Source: Actinomycetes bacterium (GTDB lineage: Bacteria > Actinomycetota > Acidimicrobiia > Acidimicrobiales > JAAEMS01). Taken from it: DNA of 64,000 nt. A program made the translations under genes and the position numbers. The stretch spans positions 2,592 to 66,591 of the forward strand of contig JAAEMS010000170.1 in assembly GCA_024225275.1 (NCBI GenBank). Reading direction: 5' to 3'. The notes under the pieces were generated by a model. It did no database searches, had not been told where the DNA came from, and worked only from the letters and a program-made list of their open reading frames with translations. Below are positions 36,282 through 45,410 of the stretch, in pieces (within the stretch, counting starts at the first letter, position 1; each line of letters begins with the position of its first letter).

Positions 36282-38201
36282 TCAGGCATTCAGAGCCGAC
36301 AGCTGGGAACCCAGCCACTGGCTCTGCTGCTGGAGCTCGCCGAGGGCGACCTCCAAGTTGGCGTATATGCGGCGCAGCGCATCCTCTCGCTGCACCATGC
36401 GGTGCTCCATGGCGTCAATCTGACGTCCATAGTCATCGGCCTGGTCCTTGGCCGCATCAGCGGCCGTTCGCAGAAAGCCGGTACCACTGGCTGTCGCGTC
36501 GTCCACCACGGTGGAGATGCGGGCGGCCAGTCCTGGGTCGACGCCTTCGTCGGCGTCGGTGAAGAGGCGTTCGACCGACTCGGGGTCGGCGGCGAGCGCC
36601 TCGAGAAACACAGCGCGGTCGAAGGTGAACTTGCCTTCGCGATCGAGCTCGACTCCGGCCAGGCCGGGTGAGCCGACTCCGCTGGCGGCGACCGGGGCGG
36701 TGAACGCCGAGGTCAGGGTCTGGACCGCCCGCCGGACCACCGAGCTGCCGGCCAGCAGGGCTGACTGGTTGGTCTCGGCGTCGTAGGCGGTCAGAACTCC
36801 GACCCGCTCCATCAGCTTGTTGGCCGCGTCAACCATGGTCTTGACCCGGTCAGCGATCCCATCACCGTCGACGGCAAGGTCGACCTCGACCGCTCCGGCC
36901 GGATCGTCGAGCAGTTCGACGGTTGCTCCGGGGAGCAGGTCACTGAACACATTGGTGGACGACCGCACCTGGTAGGGATTCGTACCCTGGATCTCGATCA
37001 CGGCGTCCTCGCCGTCGACGAGAGTGGTGAACCCTCCGGGCAGGCCGGTGAACATGGCGAGGTCGATGCCGAGGTCGGAGTCGTCTCCCGATTCGGTGGC
37101 CGTGAGCTGGAGGCGAAATGAGCCGTCGCCGACGGCCACCGCGGCGGCCAGGACCGGGCTGTTGCCGGCGCTGTTGATGGCCGAGACGGTCTCGGCCAGG
37201 CTGCCGTCGCCGAAACCGATCTGCTCGACCTGGGCGGTACCCAGGCGAATCGGCCCGGCCACCACCACATCGATCGAACCGGTTCCCGCCGAAAGGGTCA
37301 TGGGCGTCTCGTCGGCGGTGTCGGTGATGTTGGTGGTCACACCGTTCACGTCGATGACGCCGTCCACCCCGGTGGCCAAGGCCCCGACGGTGAGACCGAA
37401 GGCATCGGCGGTGGCCTGATAGAGGGCCTGGTTCGCTCCGGCCGAGGCCGTGACCTGGAGGGTGTGGGCGGTGCCCTCGCCGACGGTCTTGAATTGGAGA
37501 GCGTCGACCGGGGTGAGTCCGGCCCGCACGACGTCGCCGATGCCGGCGTCATCGAGGGCCGATTGGATCTGGGTGACCATCTCAACGGGGTCGTCATAGG
37601 TGCTGTGGGGCAGCGTCACCTCGTGCTTGACGCCGTTGACCTCGAGCTCGAGGGTGTCATTGGTGATGTCGATATCGACCGGGGGCTCCGAAGGGATCGT
37701 CACCGTGGCGTTCAGGTAGGCGGCGTCGGAGGCGGTAGTCACCTCGAAAGAGGCTTCGCCAACCGGAAGGCTCGTACCGGTCAAGCTCTCGAGTCCCAGC
37801 TTGGAGAAGTTGCGGGCTGAGAAGATCGAGCCGCCGGAGGCCACGACGGTGTCGAGGTCGGCGATCGTGTCGGTCGAGTACTTGATGTCAGCCGTGGCCC
37901 GCGCCACCACCGAGAAGTCCAGTGAGCCGGGTATTCCGCCGAGGGTACTGGTCGTGACCTTCACCGCTTCGTCGGAGCTGGTGCCGGTGACCCGTTCCCA
38001 GTCGAGACCGCTCGACAGCTCTGCCGCGGCGTCGCCCACCGCGGCCAGGAGGGAGCGGAGCTCGTCGAGCGCATCGGCGGATGCGTTCGAGAAGTCCTGT
38101 TTCTGTTGAGCACGGGTCTGAGGGAGTCGTTCGATCTCCATCAGCTGGTTGATGATGCTGGCCGTGTCCAGCCCGGTGATGAGTCCGTCGACGGTACTCA
38201 T
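36282..38201 (-). CDS. fliD: Flagellar filament cap protein FliD
   Basis: N terminus MSTVDGLITGLDTASIINQLMEIERLPQ. The C-terminal coiled coil is IDAMEHRMVQREDALRRIYANLEVALGELQQQSQWL. The start at 38201 has a GGAGG Shine-Dalgarno. Confidence 0.92.
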   Translation of the reverse strand: MSTVDGLITGLDTASIINQLMEIERLPQTRAQQKQDFSNASADALDELRSLLAAVGDAAAELSSGLDWERVTGTSSDEAVKVTTSTLGGIPGSLDFSVVARATADIKYSTDTIADLDTVVASGGSIFSARNFSKLGLESLTGTSLPVGEASFEVTTASDAAYLNATVTIPSEPPVDIDITNDTLELEVNGVKHEVTLPHSTYDDPVEMVTQIQSALDDAGIGDVVRAGLTPVDALQFKTVGEGTAHTLQVTASAGANQALYQATADAFGLTVGALATGVDGVIDVNGVTTNITDTADETPMTLSAGTGSIDVVVAGPIRLGTAQVEQIGFGDGSLAETVSAINSAGNSPVLAAAVAVGDGSFRLQLTATESGDDSDLGIDLAMFTGLPGGFTTLVDGEDAVIEIQGTNPYQVRSSTNVFSDLLPGATVELLDDPAGAVEVDLAVDGDGIADRVKTMVDAANKLMERVGVLTAYDAETNQSALLAGSSVVRRAVQTLTSAFTAPVAASGVGSPGLAGVELDREGKFTFDRAVFLEALAADPESVERLFTDADEGVDPGLAARISTVVDDATASGTGFLRTAADAAKDQADDYGRQIDAMEHRMVQREDALRRIYANLEVALGELQQQSQWLGSQLSALNA

Positions 38202-38256
38202 GGTCGTACCTCCGCCTTGTCCGTCCGCCCGTTGGTGTGACGACGGCACCGCCATT

Positions 38257-38283
38257 GCCGGCTGCGGTCAAGCCGCAGCCGGC
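38257..38283 (-). terminator. Strong hairpin (11-bp perfect GC-rich stem, 5-nt loop) downstream of fliC
   Basis: gccggctgcgg-tcaag-ccgcagccggc, 44 nt after the fliC stop. Confidence 0.6.
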
Positions 38284-38305
38284 AACGAGCGGGCCAAAGG
38301 GTTTG

Positions 38306-38324
38306 CAGGAGAATCGCTCTCCTG
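38306..38324 (-). terminator. Second hairpin immediately after the fliC stop (7-bp stem)
   Basis: caggaga-atcgc-tctcctg begins 2 nt after the TGA of fliC. Confidence 0.45.
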
Positions 38325-38326
38325 AA

Positions 38327-39520
38327 TCAGCCCAGCAGTCGGAGGACCGACTGAGGAACCAAGTTGGCCTGAGCCAGCATGGCCGTACCGGCCTGCTGCA
38401 GGATCTGGTTCTTGGTGAACTCCACCATCTCCATGGCAACGTCGGTGTCCCGGATCCGGGACTCCGAAGCAGCCACATTCTCGGTGGTGACCTGGAGGTT
38501 GGCGATGGTGCTCTCGAAACGGTTCTGGAGGGCACCGAGCTCGCCACGAGTGGTGGAGACGCTCGAGATCGCCGTGTCGATGGCATCGAGAGCCGCCTGG
38601 GCCCCTGCAGCACTCGTCACGTCGAGGCCCGAAACGCTCAACCCGGCGGAGCTGACAGCATCAATGGTGAAGCTGATGCGGTCATCACCGGTGTTGTTGG
38701 CCCCGACCTGGAAGACGCCGCCGCTGCCCGACGCGGTGCCGGTGAGGGCAGTACCGGAGAGGCCGAGGTTGCCGAGGAAGGTGCCGGTGGTGTCGGCCAC
38801 GACCATGGTCTCGGTGTCGGCCAGCTCGGCGTTGATCTCGAGGGTGAACCCGGCGCCGGTGGCCACGGAAGAAACCGAGATCTTTTCGGCATTGGGATCA
38901 CCGGCGGTGTTCAGGGCACCACGGATCTCGCTCTGGACGTAGGCGGCCAGGGCGGCACCGTCGGTGTGGGTCGCACCCGTATCGAGAGCAACTGTCACCG
39001 CGCCGGCACCAGCCAGATTGATGGTGAACTCCTCGGTACCAGCGATGACGACACTACCGTCGGCATCGAAGCCGGTGATCTCGGCCTTCTGGGTGCCATA
39101 GGTGCCATCCAGGAGGTTCATCTTGCCGAACTTGGTGGTGTTGGAGATGCGGTCGATCTCGGAGATGAGAGCGTCGACCTCGTCCTGGGCGGCCTGCCGC
39201 GACACGCTGTCGGTGGAGCCGGTGTTGCCCGACTGCACCGCCAGGTCACGCATCCGGTTCAGCATCGAGTGCACCTCGGTGAGGGCACCTTCCGCCGTCT
39301 GAACCACCGAGATCCCGTCCTGGGCGTTACGGCCGGCCTGCTTGAGACCGCTGATCTGGGCCCGCAGGTTCTGGCTGATGACCAGGCCGGAGGCATCGTC
39401 AGCAGCGCGGTTGATCCGGAATCCCGAAGACAGCTTCTCGAGGCTCTTGCCGAGCCCGTTGTTGCTGACGTTGAGGTTCCGGCTGGCGTTGAACGCCATG
39501 ATGTTCTGGTTGATACGCAT
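38327..39520 (-). CDS. fliC: Flagellin
   Basis: N terminus MRINQNIMAFNASRNLNVSNNGLGKSLEKLSSGFRINRAADDASGLVISQNLRAQISGL. C terminus TKNQILQQAGTAMLAQANLVPQSVLRLLG. Confidence 0.97.
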   Translation of the reverse strand: MRINQNIMAFNASRNLNVSNNGLGKSLEKLSSGFRINRAADDASGLVISQNLRAQISGLKQAGRNAQDGISVVQTAEGALTEVHSMLNRMRDLAVQSGNTGSTDSVSRQAAQDEVDALISEIDRISNTTKFGKMNLLDGTYGTQKAEITGFDADGSVVIAGTEEFTINLAGAGAVTVALDTGATHTDGAALAAYVQSEIRGALNTAGDPNAEKISVSSVATGAGFTLEINAELADTETMVVADTTGTFLGNLGLSGTALTGTASGSGGVFQVGANNTGDDRISFTIDAVSSAGLSVSGLDVTSAAGAQAALDAIDTAISSVSTTRGELGALQNRFESTIANLQVTTENVAASESRIRDTDVAMEMVEFTKNQILQQAGTAMLAQANLVPQSVLRLLG

Positions 39521-39529
39521 TCCCTCGTG

Positions 39530-39581
39530 TCCTTCCTTGAGTTAAAGGGAGTTGGTTTTCTTGCTGCCCAATCCGTTGGAC
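39530..39581 (-). promoter_or_regulatory. Candidate CsrA-binding sites in the flagellin 5' leader (a GGA tetraloop hairpin plus a GGA-rich Shine-Dalgarno)
   Basis: The minus-strand RNA GUCCAA-CGGA-UUGGGC (39566-39581) forms a 6-bp stem that presents GGA in the loop. The Shine-Dalgarno region AAGGAAGGA (39530-39538) lies 9 nt upstream of the ATG. Confidence 0.45.
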
Positions 39582-39643
39582 AGTCCGCCGTTCATGTGGC
39601 GAATCTTCTGAACAGTCCCGAGGCTCGACAGGCCGGCGAAACC

Positions 39644-39649
39644 TATTAG
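39644..39649 (-). promoter_or_regulatory. CTAATA box (candidate -10-like element) upstream of fliC
   Basis: The minus strand reads TTCGACCCCTAATAGGT, about 124 nt upstream of the fliC ATG, which would give a long leader. Confidence 0.35.
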
Positions 39650-39716
39650 GGGTCGAATCGGGGTTTCTCACGTTCCGTGGTCCCCGTTGTCCAGGGACTT
39701 CACGAAGAGTGGTGTG

Positions 39717-40214
39717 CTACTGCATCACGAACGTTGTGAAGAGGACGCGAACGACCTTCTCGTCGTCGTAGGCGAGGCGCACGAGGCTCGACAGCTCGTC
39801 CTTCACGGCCCGCTTGGCCATGGGGTCCTTGAGCCGGTCGTAGGTCTGTGACGACAAGTACTCCAGCACCACGTCCTTGGCGATGGCCGACTCCAGTTCG
39901 AAGTCGGCGGCCACGATGCCCTCCTCGAGGATCAGGGCGATGCTCACCCTCAGGTAGCGGGGGCTGTCGTCGGCCAGGTTGACCACGACTTCGGGAAGCT
40001 CGAGGATCTCGCCCTCGGCCAGCTCTTCTTCGACTTCTTCCATCGCCTCGGCCTCAGCGTCGACCGGAGGCGGAGGGGCGGCCAGGAAGTTGCTGTAGGC
40101 GAAGTAGCCCACGACCGCTACGACCACGCCGATGATGATCTTCTTCTTGCCGCCACCGCCCGACTCCTCGTCGTCATCGGCGTCGTCGCCCTTCTTCTTC
40201 TTCTTGTCAGCCAT
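39717..40214 (-). CDS. fliL: Flagellar basal body-associated protein FliL
   Basis: MADKKKKKGDD is followed by one TM segment, then VVVNLADDSPRYLRVSIALILEE...VLFTTFVMQ, the FliL family layout. The ATG lies 1 nt after the motB stop. Confidence 0.88.
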   Translation of the reverse strand: MADKKKKKGDDADDDEESGGGGKKKIIIGVVVAVVGYFAYSNFLAAPPPPVDAEAEAMEEVEEELAEGEILELPEVVVNLADDSPRYLRVSIALILEEGIVAADFELESAIAKDVVLEYLSSQTYDRLKDPMAKRAVKDELSSLVRLAYDDEKVVRVLFTTFVMQ

Positions 40215-40215
40215 G

Positions 40216-41193
40216 TCATTCGTCCTCGGAGGGGGGCGGGGCCGGGAAGAGCCCCTGCAGCAGCTCGGGATCGCTGCTCTGTCCCGGAGGTTCGGCCGCA
40301 ACCTCCGGATCATCAGGGGAGATATCGGCGTCGGCGTCGGTGCCGGTGACGACCGAGTCGGGCAACGAGGTGACCTCGCCGGTGAGGGGATCGATGACCA
40401 TGCCGTCGGGCGGGGTGATGAGCACCGTTACCTCGACCCGACGGTTCCTCCGACGCCCTTCGTCGGTTGAGTTCTCGGCGCGGGGGCGGGTGTCGGCGTG
40501 GCCAGCCGCGGTCAAGCGGGCCCCAGTGAGACCGAAGCCCTCGCTCATGAGGCGGACCACCGAGGTGGCGCGGTAGGCCGACAGTTCCCAGTTCGAGGGC
40601 CAGGCCGACCCGGTGGGAATGCTGTCAGTGTGGCCCTCGACCACAACCAAGTTGTCGATGAGATCGAGCACCGAGGCGGCGATGCCGATGGCCTCGACGC
40701 CGTCGGGGCGCAACTCGGCTTCACCCGACTCGAACAGGATCTCCTCCTCGAACCGCAGGACCACTCCGCGGGGATCGCGACCGACCTCGACGAGATCGCC
40801 CACGCCGGCCTGTTCGAATTGGCGGCGAAGCACCTCCTCGAGAGCTTCGCGTTCGGCCTCGGTTACCTCGCCGGCCTTCTCGAGCTCCTCGAGCAGTTCC
40901 TCGGTGTCGCCGTCGTACTGGGTGGGCTGGGCGTTCAGCTGGGCGGCATAACCGGTGGCATTGGCCAGGGTGTCGCCCTCGCCCATGATGCCCGAGCTCT
41001 GCTCGAGGGTTACCGCGGTGTGAACGAACGAGGCCTTCACACCCGTCTTGAACTCGTCGAACTTGCTCTGATCGACGATCGCGAACGCGAACAGCATGAT
41101 GAAGAAGGCCAGAAGCAGGGTCATGGCATCGGCGAAACTGTCGAGCCACGCCTTGGATGGCCCCTCGTCCTCCTCGACCTTCTTCTTAGCCAC
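40216..41193 (-). CDS. motB: Flagellar stator protein MotB (OmpA-like peptidoglycan-binding C terminus)
   Basis: The plug/TM region is WLDSFADAMTLLLAFFIMLFAF, with the conserved Asp. The OmpA-like region is VEGHTDSIP...SNWELSAYRATSVVRLM. GTG 41193 overlaps the motA stop. Confidence 0.92.
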   Translation of the reverse strand: MAKKKVEEDEGPSKAWLDSFADAMTLLLAFFIMLFAFAIVDQSKFDEFKTGVKASFVHTAVTLEQSSGIMGEGDTLANATGYAAQLNAQPTQYDGDTEELLEELEKAGEVTEAEREALEEVLRRQFEQAGVGDLVEVGRDPRGVVLRFEEEILFESGEAELRPDGVEAIGIAASVLDLIDNLVVVEGHTDSIPTGSAWPSNWELSAYRATSVVRLMSEGFGLTGARLTAAGHADTRPRAENSTDEGRRRNRRVEVTVLITPPDGMVIDPLTGEVTSLPDSVVTGTDADADISPDDPEVAAEPPGQSSDPELLQGLFPAPPPSEDE

Positions 41194-41977
41194 TGTCCTC
41201 CTCCTCGGCGAGGACAGCCTCCTGCTCGGCGGGGGGCAGGAACGAGGCGAGCTTGCCGGCCAGGGCGCGCGGGTTGGCGCCACCCTGAACACTCAGGATT
41301 CCCTCGATGAGCAGCTCCTTGTAGGCGACCTCCTTGGCGGAGATGGCCTTCAGTTTCTGGGCCATCGGGGCGAAGAAGTAGTTCGCCACGAACACACCCC
41401 AGAGGGTGGTCGAGAAGGCAACGGCCATGGCCGGACCCAGCGCCGAGGGATCACTCAGGTTCTGGAGCATGGAGATCAGGCCGATCACCGTTCCGGCCAC
41501 CCCCATCGCCGGGGCATAGCCCGCCATGTTCTGAGCAAAGCCGGCGCCCTCTTTGTGGCGAATGGCCATCCGCTCGACCTCGGTCTCGAGGACTTCGCGG
41601 AGCTGCTCGGGATCGGTGCCGTCGACGGCCATCTCGAGCCCCTTCTTCAGGAAGGGGTCCTCGATGTCGGCGATCTGACTCTCGAGCGCCAGCAGACCGT
41701 CGCGACGGGCCGCGTCGGCGAACTCGACGAGCTGGTTGATCGACTCGGTGGTGTCAACGGTGAAGCCCCCCGCCACCGCCTTGACGACGACCTTGATACC
41801 GCCCAGGGCCTGCTCCTTTGTGCCACTGGCGAAGGTGGCGCCGATGGCGCCGCCGACCACGAGCAGGATCGATCCGGGGTCGGACACGAACAGGACTGGA
41901 CTGATGCCCGCCATGGTCATGGCGACCATGGTCGTGACGAGAGCGATCAGAATCCCGACAATTGTGAACGGATCCAT
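41186..41977 (-). CDS. motA: Flagellar stator protein MotA
   Basis: MDPFTIVGILIALVTTMV, four TM segments, and PAMGVAGTVIGLISML together with TTLWGVFVANYFFAPMA, typical of MotA/TolQ/ExbB. Confidence 0.94.
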   Translation of the reverse strand: MDPFTIVGILIALVTTMVAMTMAGISPVLFVSDPGSILLVVGGAIGATFASGTKEQALGGIKVVVKAVAGGFTVDTTESINQLVEFADAARRDGLLALESQIADIEDPFLKKGLEMAVDGTDPEQLREVLETEVERMAIRHKEGAGFAQNMAGYAPAMGVAGTVIGLISMLQNLSDPSALGPAMAVAFSTTLWGVFVANYFFAPMAQKLKAISAKEVAYKELLIEGILSVQGGANPRALAGKLASFLPPAEQEAVLAEEEDSG

Positions 41978-41985
41978 GGCCTACC

Positions 41986-42243
41986 TCAGAGCTCCTCGCG
42001 GTCGCTCACGACACGGAGTACGGGCTGGATCTCGGTTTCGGTGGTGTCAATGAACGGAACTCGCGCGAGCACAGTGGCTCGGAAGGTGACGACCTTCTCT
42101 ATGATCTCGTCGGGGGTGTCGATCAGGAGAAGCTTCTTCCCGTCGACGAGCGTGACGACCGTGTCCGGCGTCTGCTCAATCCTCTCGATCAGATCTGCGT
42201 TCAGTCCCAGTGTTCCGCCGTTCAGACGACTGACCCTGATCAT
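41986..42243 (-). CDS. flbD: Flagellar protein FlbD
   Basis: MIRVSRLNGGTLGLNADLIERIEQTPDTVVTLVDGKKLLLIDTPDEIIEKV is the canonical FlbD sequence. Confidence 0.9.
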   Translation of the reverse strand: MIRVSRLNGGTLGLNADLIERIEQTPDTVVTLVDGKKLLLIDTPDEIIEKVVTFRATVLARVPFIDTTETEIQPVLRVVSDREEL

Positions 42244-42360
42244 TGGAATCCTTCCAGCTCACGGTCGGCCTCCATGCCAACCAGTCGAAGTCTCGACCAG
42301 GGCCCGGAGCACATGAGCGGGCTCCTGCGGTGGAAGGGTCCTTGAGACCCCGGGACGTTC

Positions 42361-42459
42361 GCGATCCCACCGCCTCGAGTTCGGACGGCAGCTCGAGGAT
42401 GAGGCCGATTGCCTCACAGGTGACGCGATCCGCCTCGAGTTCGGACGGCAGCTCGAGGT
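42361..42459. repeat. Duplicated hairpin module (28-bp exact repeat, 60-bp period) in the flgL-flbD spacer
   Basis: cgcctcgagttcggacggcagctcgagg occurs at 42371-42398 and 42431-42458, each time preceded by gcgatcc. Each copy contains the inverted repeat CCTCGAG-N12-CTCGAGG. Confidence 0.95.
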
Positions 42460-42490
42460 TCCGTGATCAGTGGCGGGGCCAGGACCGCGA

Positions 42491-43387
42491 TCAGCGAATG
42501 AAGTCCAGGAGGCTGGTGCGGTTGGCCTGGGCAATAGTGGCCAAGGAGGCCTCGTAGGCCACCTGGCTGGCGGTCAGGTCAACCATGGCCTGGGCCAGGT
42601 CGGCGTCCTCGAGCTGGCTGAGTTGCTGGCGGTGCACCAGTTGGTCATCGGCCAGCGACACCGCCATCGACTCAACCCGTGACGCCAGAGCTCCCGACTG
42701 CCCGAGGGCATTGGTGATGCGGGTGTGGCTGTCGTCGAGCTTGTCGAGACCGATCTGGGCCTGCGGGATGTCGCCGGCCTCGAGGGCGGCGGCAACCGCT
42801 TCGAGAACCTGGAAGGTGTTGCCGTTCACGGGGTCGACTATGTCCTGGGTGCCGAAGGCGTCGACGCCGGAGACATTGACGACCACCCGGTCGCCAGTCC
42901 CGAGGGTGCGGGCCACCTGTTCCTCATCGCCGACGAAGGCACCGGTGTCATCGAAGGCCACATCGGTGTCGGCCGTACCGGCGAACACCGCCCGACCGCG
43001 GAAGCGCTCGTTGGCCAGGCCCCGGAGCTCGGAGGAGATCGAGCGGATCTCGGTGGCCAGCGCATCGCGTTGGTCCTGGGCCGCCGACCCGTTGATGGCC
43101 GCGGCGGTGCGGGTCCGGGCCACGGTGATGCGGGTCGAGGCCTGGGTGAGGGCCTGACCGATGGTGCCCAGCCAGCCCGAGGCGTCGTCGCGATTGCGTT
43201 GGTACTGTTCGGTCCGCCGGAGCTGTGAGCCGGTCTGGAGCACGGTGCCCGTGACGGCAGGGTCGTCGGACGGCCGCGCGATGCGGCGCCCGGTCGACAC
43301 CTTGCCCTGGGCGTTCGATTGTCGGACCGCGGCGTTCTCCAGCTGCTGCTGGAAACGGGCGGTGGTACCGAGATGAGTGACTCGCAC
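42491..43387 (-). CDS. flgL: Flagellar hook-filament junction protein FlgL
   Basis: MRVTHLGTTARFQQQL...VSTGRRIARPSDDP is flagellin-N-like. The C-terminal region is DLTASQVAYEASLATIAQ. Confidence 0.9.
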   Translation of the reverse strand: MRVTHLGTTARFQQQLENAAVRQSNAQGKVSTGRRIARPSDDPAVTGTVLQTGSQLRRTEQYQRNRDDASGWLGTIGQALTQASTRITVARTRTAAAINGSAAQDQRDALATEIRSISSELRGLANERFRGRAVFAGTADTDVAFDDTGAFVGDEEQVARTLGTGDRVVVNVSGVDAFGTQDIVDPVNGNTFQVLEAVAAALEAGDIPQAQIGLDKLDDSHTRITNALGQSGALASRVESMAVSLADDQLVHRQQLSQLEDADLAQAMVDLTASQVAYEASLATIAQANRTSLLDFIR

Positions 43388-43395
43388 GGTTGCTC

Positions 43396-44805
43396 CTAGC
43401 GTCCGATCCGGCCGGTACGGTTGATGAGGGTGTCGAGCATCTCGTCGACCGCGGTGAACACCCTCGCCGCGGCTTCATAGGCGTGCTGGGCGCTGATGAG
43501 ATCGGCCATCTCCTCGTCTATGTTCACGCCCCGCTGCGAGCCCTGGAGTTGCTGGGCCTCGAAGAGCAGGGCACCCTGCACGTTGGCCTGGGTGCGAGCC
43601 GAGGCGGTGCCCGACCCCACTCCGGCCACGAAGTTGTGATACATCTCGGTGGGTCCACCCACCTGGTCGGTGAGCTCGGCGAGGTCCAGGGAGACCGAGC
43701 CGTCGAGCAGACCGGCCAACGGATCGGCGGCCGCGATCATGTCGGGCTGACCGGCCACGTCGGCCGATACGGCCAGGGTTCGAGCCGTCAGCCCCGTTGG
43801 GTCGAAAAACGACAGGCCGGTCGAACCATCGAGAGCAGCGCCTCCTTCGTGGAGGGCATTCACCTGGCCGACCAACGCTGCTGTGAAGGTATCGAGCTCG
43901 AGAATCGCTTCGGGGATGTCGACGTTGGCCACGGCCAGAATGCCGGCCAGTTCGCCGCCCGCCACACTGACCGCGGAGGTGGTGGTGCCTTGCACCTGAA
44001 CCTCGAGACGGGCCAGGCCCAGGGCTCCGAGGGTGGCGTCGGCAACCTCAATGGCAGCGACGGCGCGCGAGCGGGTGTTTCTCACCAGGGCGTGGCCGTC
44101 GAGATTGATGTCGACCGACATGTTGTCGTGATGCTGGACCTGGATGTCCACCAACGAGGCCAGCTCGTCCAGCGCGGCGTCGCGCTGGTCGAGGAGATCG
44201 TTGGGAGCCTGGCCGGCGGCCGCCGCAGTCACGATCGACTGGTTCATCTGGGCGACGTTCGCGGTCAGCTCATTGATCCGCTCGGTCACGACCTGGGACC
44301 GTTCGAATTGGTCACGCCGCAGATCCGACACCGAGTCGGCCTGCTGACGGACTGTCGAGGCCAGGAGCTCGGCACGGTCGAGCTGCCCAGTCCTGACCCC
44401 CAGGTCCTGGGGCGCGGTGGCGAGCTCATCGAAGCCGTTGAAGAAGTCGTCGAGGATCTCGCTGAGACCACCGCCCGAGGGTTCGGGGATGAGGTTCTCG
44501 ATCCGGCCCAGCTCATCGGCCCGGCGGCGCAGGAACCCATCGAGTGACGTCTCCTGGCGGACCTGCTGGTCGAGTACACCATCGGTGATCCGCTCGACGC
44601 CGAGGACCTCGACCCCACCGCCACGAACGGTGCGGTAGGTGAGCACACCCGGATTCACGTCAGCCCGGATGGCCTGGAGCTCCACCCGCTGGCGGGAGTA
44701 GCCCGGGGTGGCCGAGTTGGTCAGGTTGTGGCCGATGGTCTCGATGCGGGCGCGTTGAGCCATGAGACCCGACACCGCCATGTGGAGACCGAGGAAGCCG
44801 GACAC
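43396..44805 (-). CDS. flgK: Flagellar hook-associated protein FlgK
   Basis: GLHMAVSGLMAQRARIETIGHNLTNSATPGYSRQRVEL and the C-terminal EEMADLISAQHAYEAAARV. Confidence 0.93.
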   Translation of the reverse strand: MSGFLGLHMAVSGLMAQRARIETIGHNLTNSATPGYSRQRVELQAIRADVNPGVLTYRTVRGGGVEVLGVERITDGVLDQQVRQETSLDGFLRRRADELGRIENLIPEPSGGGLSEILDDFFNGFDELATAPQDLGVRTGQLDRAELLASTVRQQADSVSDLRRDQFERSQVVTERINELTANVAQMNQSIVTAAAAGQAPNDLLDQRDAALDELASLVDIQVQHHDNMSVDINLDGHALVRNTRSRAVAAIEVADATLGALGLARLEVQVQGTTTSAVSVAGGELAGILAVANVDIPEAILELDTFTAALVGQVNALHEGGAALDGSTGLSFFDPTGLTARTLAVSADVAGQPDMIAAADPLAGLLDGSVSLDLAELTDQVGGPTEMYHNFVAGVGSGTASARTQANVQGALLFEAQQLQGSQRGVNIDEEMADLISAQHAYEAAARVFTAVDEMLDTLINRTGRIGR

Positions 44806-44806
44806 G

Positions 44807-45322
44807 TCAGGCCTCGTGATCGATCAGGACTGGACGCGACGTCGAGCTGACGGACCGGCCGGTGGCATCGTAGCTGAGGGCCGGTGGGCCCTCGTTGGTG
44901 AGGCTCGTCAGCATGCTACGGGTCCGATCGAGGCCCTCGCGCAGAACCTGACGGGCGCTCTTGGACAGCTCGTCGATGCGTTCGACGGACGTGAGGAACG
45001 AGATCCGGTGGTCCTCGAGGATCATGTTCCAAGGCTCGGGCGCGCGGTTGGCCAGATCCTGGAGAGAGGCCCCTGGTTCGAGACCCAGTTGGGGAGCCAG
45101 TTGATCCACCAACGCAGCCCGCAGGACCTCGTTCTCGGAGATGTGATCGATGGTCTCCTGGACCTCACCTGTCACCCGGGCCACCCACTGCTCGCGACCG
45201 GCCAGCAGGAGAAGGTTCTGCACCTCCAGCCGATACTGGAGATCCTCGAGCAACCGCCGGTGCTGCCAGAGAAGGCGAGCAAGGCGGCCGAGCTGATCGG
45301 TGGCGGCATCGGACAGGTCCAT
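44807..45322 (-). CDS. flgN: FlgN-family flagellar export chaperone
   Basis: Helical 171-aa protein with LARLLWQHRRLLEDLQYRLEVQNLLL (FlgN-like), directly upstream of flgK. Confidence 0.7.
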   Translation of the reverse strand: MDLSDAATDQLGRLARLLWQHRRLLEDLQYRLEVQNLLLLAGREQWVARVTGEVQETIDHISENEVLRAALVDQLAPQLGLEPGASLQDLANRAPEPWNMILEDHRISFLTSVERIDELSKSARQVLREGLDRTRSMLTSLTNEGPPALSYDATGRSVSSTSRPVLIDHEA

Positions 45323-45351
45323 ATGGGCAGACTCGACCCCCCACTGTGAAC

Positions 45352-45357
45352 CATTAG
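45352..45357 (-). promoter_or_regulatory. CTAATG box preceded by CCGGGAC, 29 nt upstream of the flgN ATG
   Basis: The minus strand reads CTCCGGGACCTAATGGTT. Confidence 0.35.
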
Positions 45358-45410
45358 GTCCCGGAGACCCCTCGGGCCCCTGAGGTGCCCCACGGGTTCC
45401 GCGGACGCGA

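Noticed and set aside
39521-39716. Canonical sigma-28 promoter (TAAA-N15-GCCGATAA) upstream of fliC, flgB, flgN and fliM
   Set aside because: I could not find a convincing match at any of these regions. The only GCCGATA-like string seen is in the flhB-flhA gap, and it lacks a TAAA at the proper distance.
42259-42534. 91-aa ORF with repeated SSCRPNSRR in the flgL-flbD spacer
   Set aside because: The peptide repeat simply mirrors the 60-bp-period DNA repeat, and the composition and context argue against coding.
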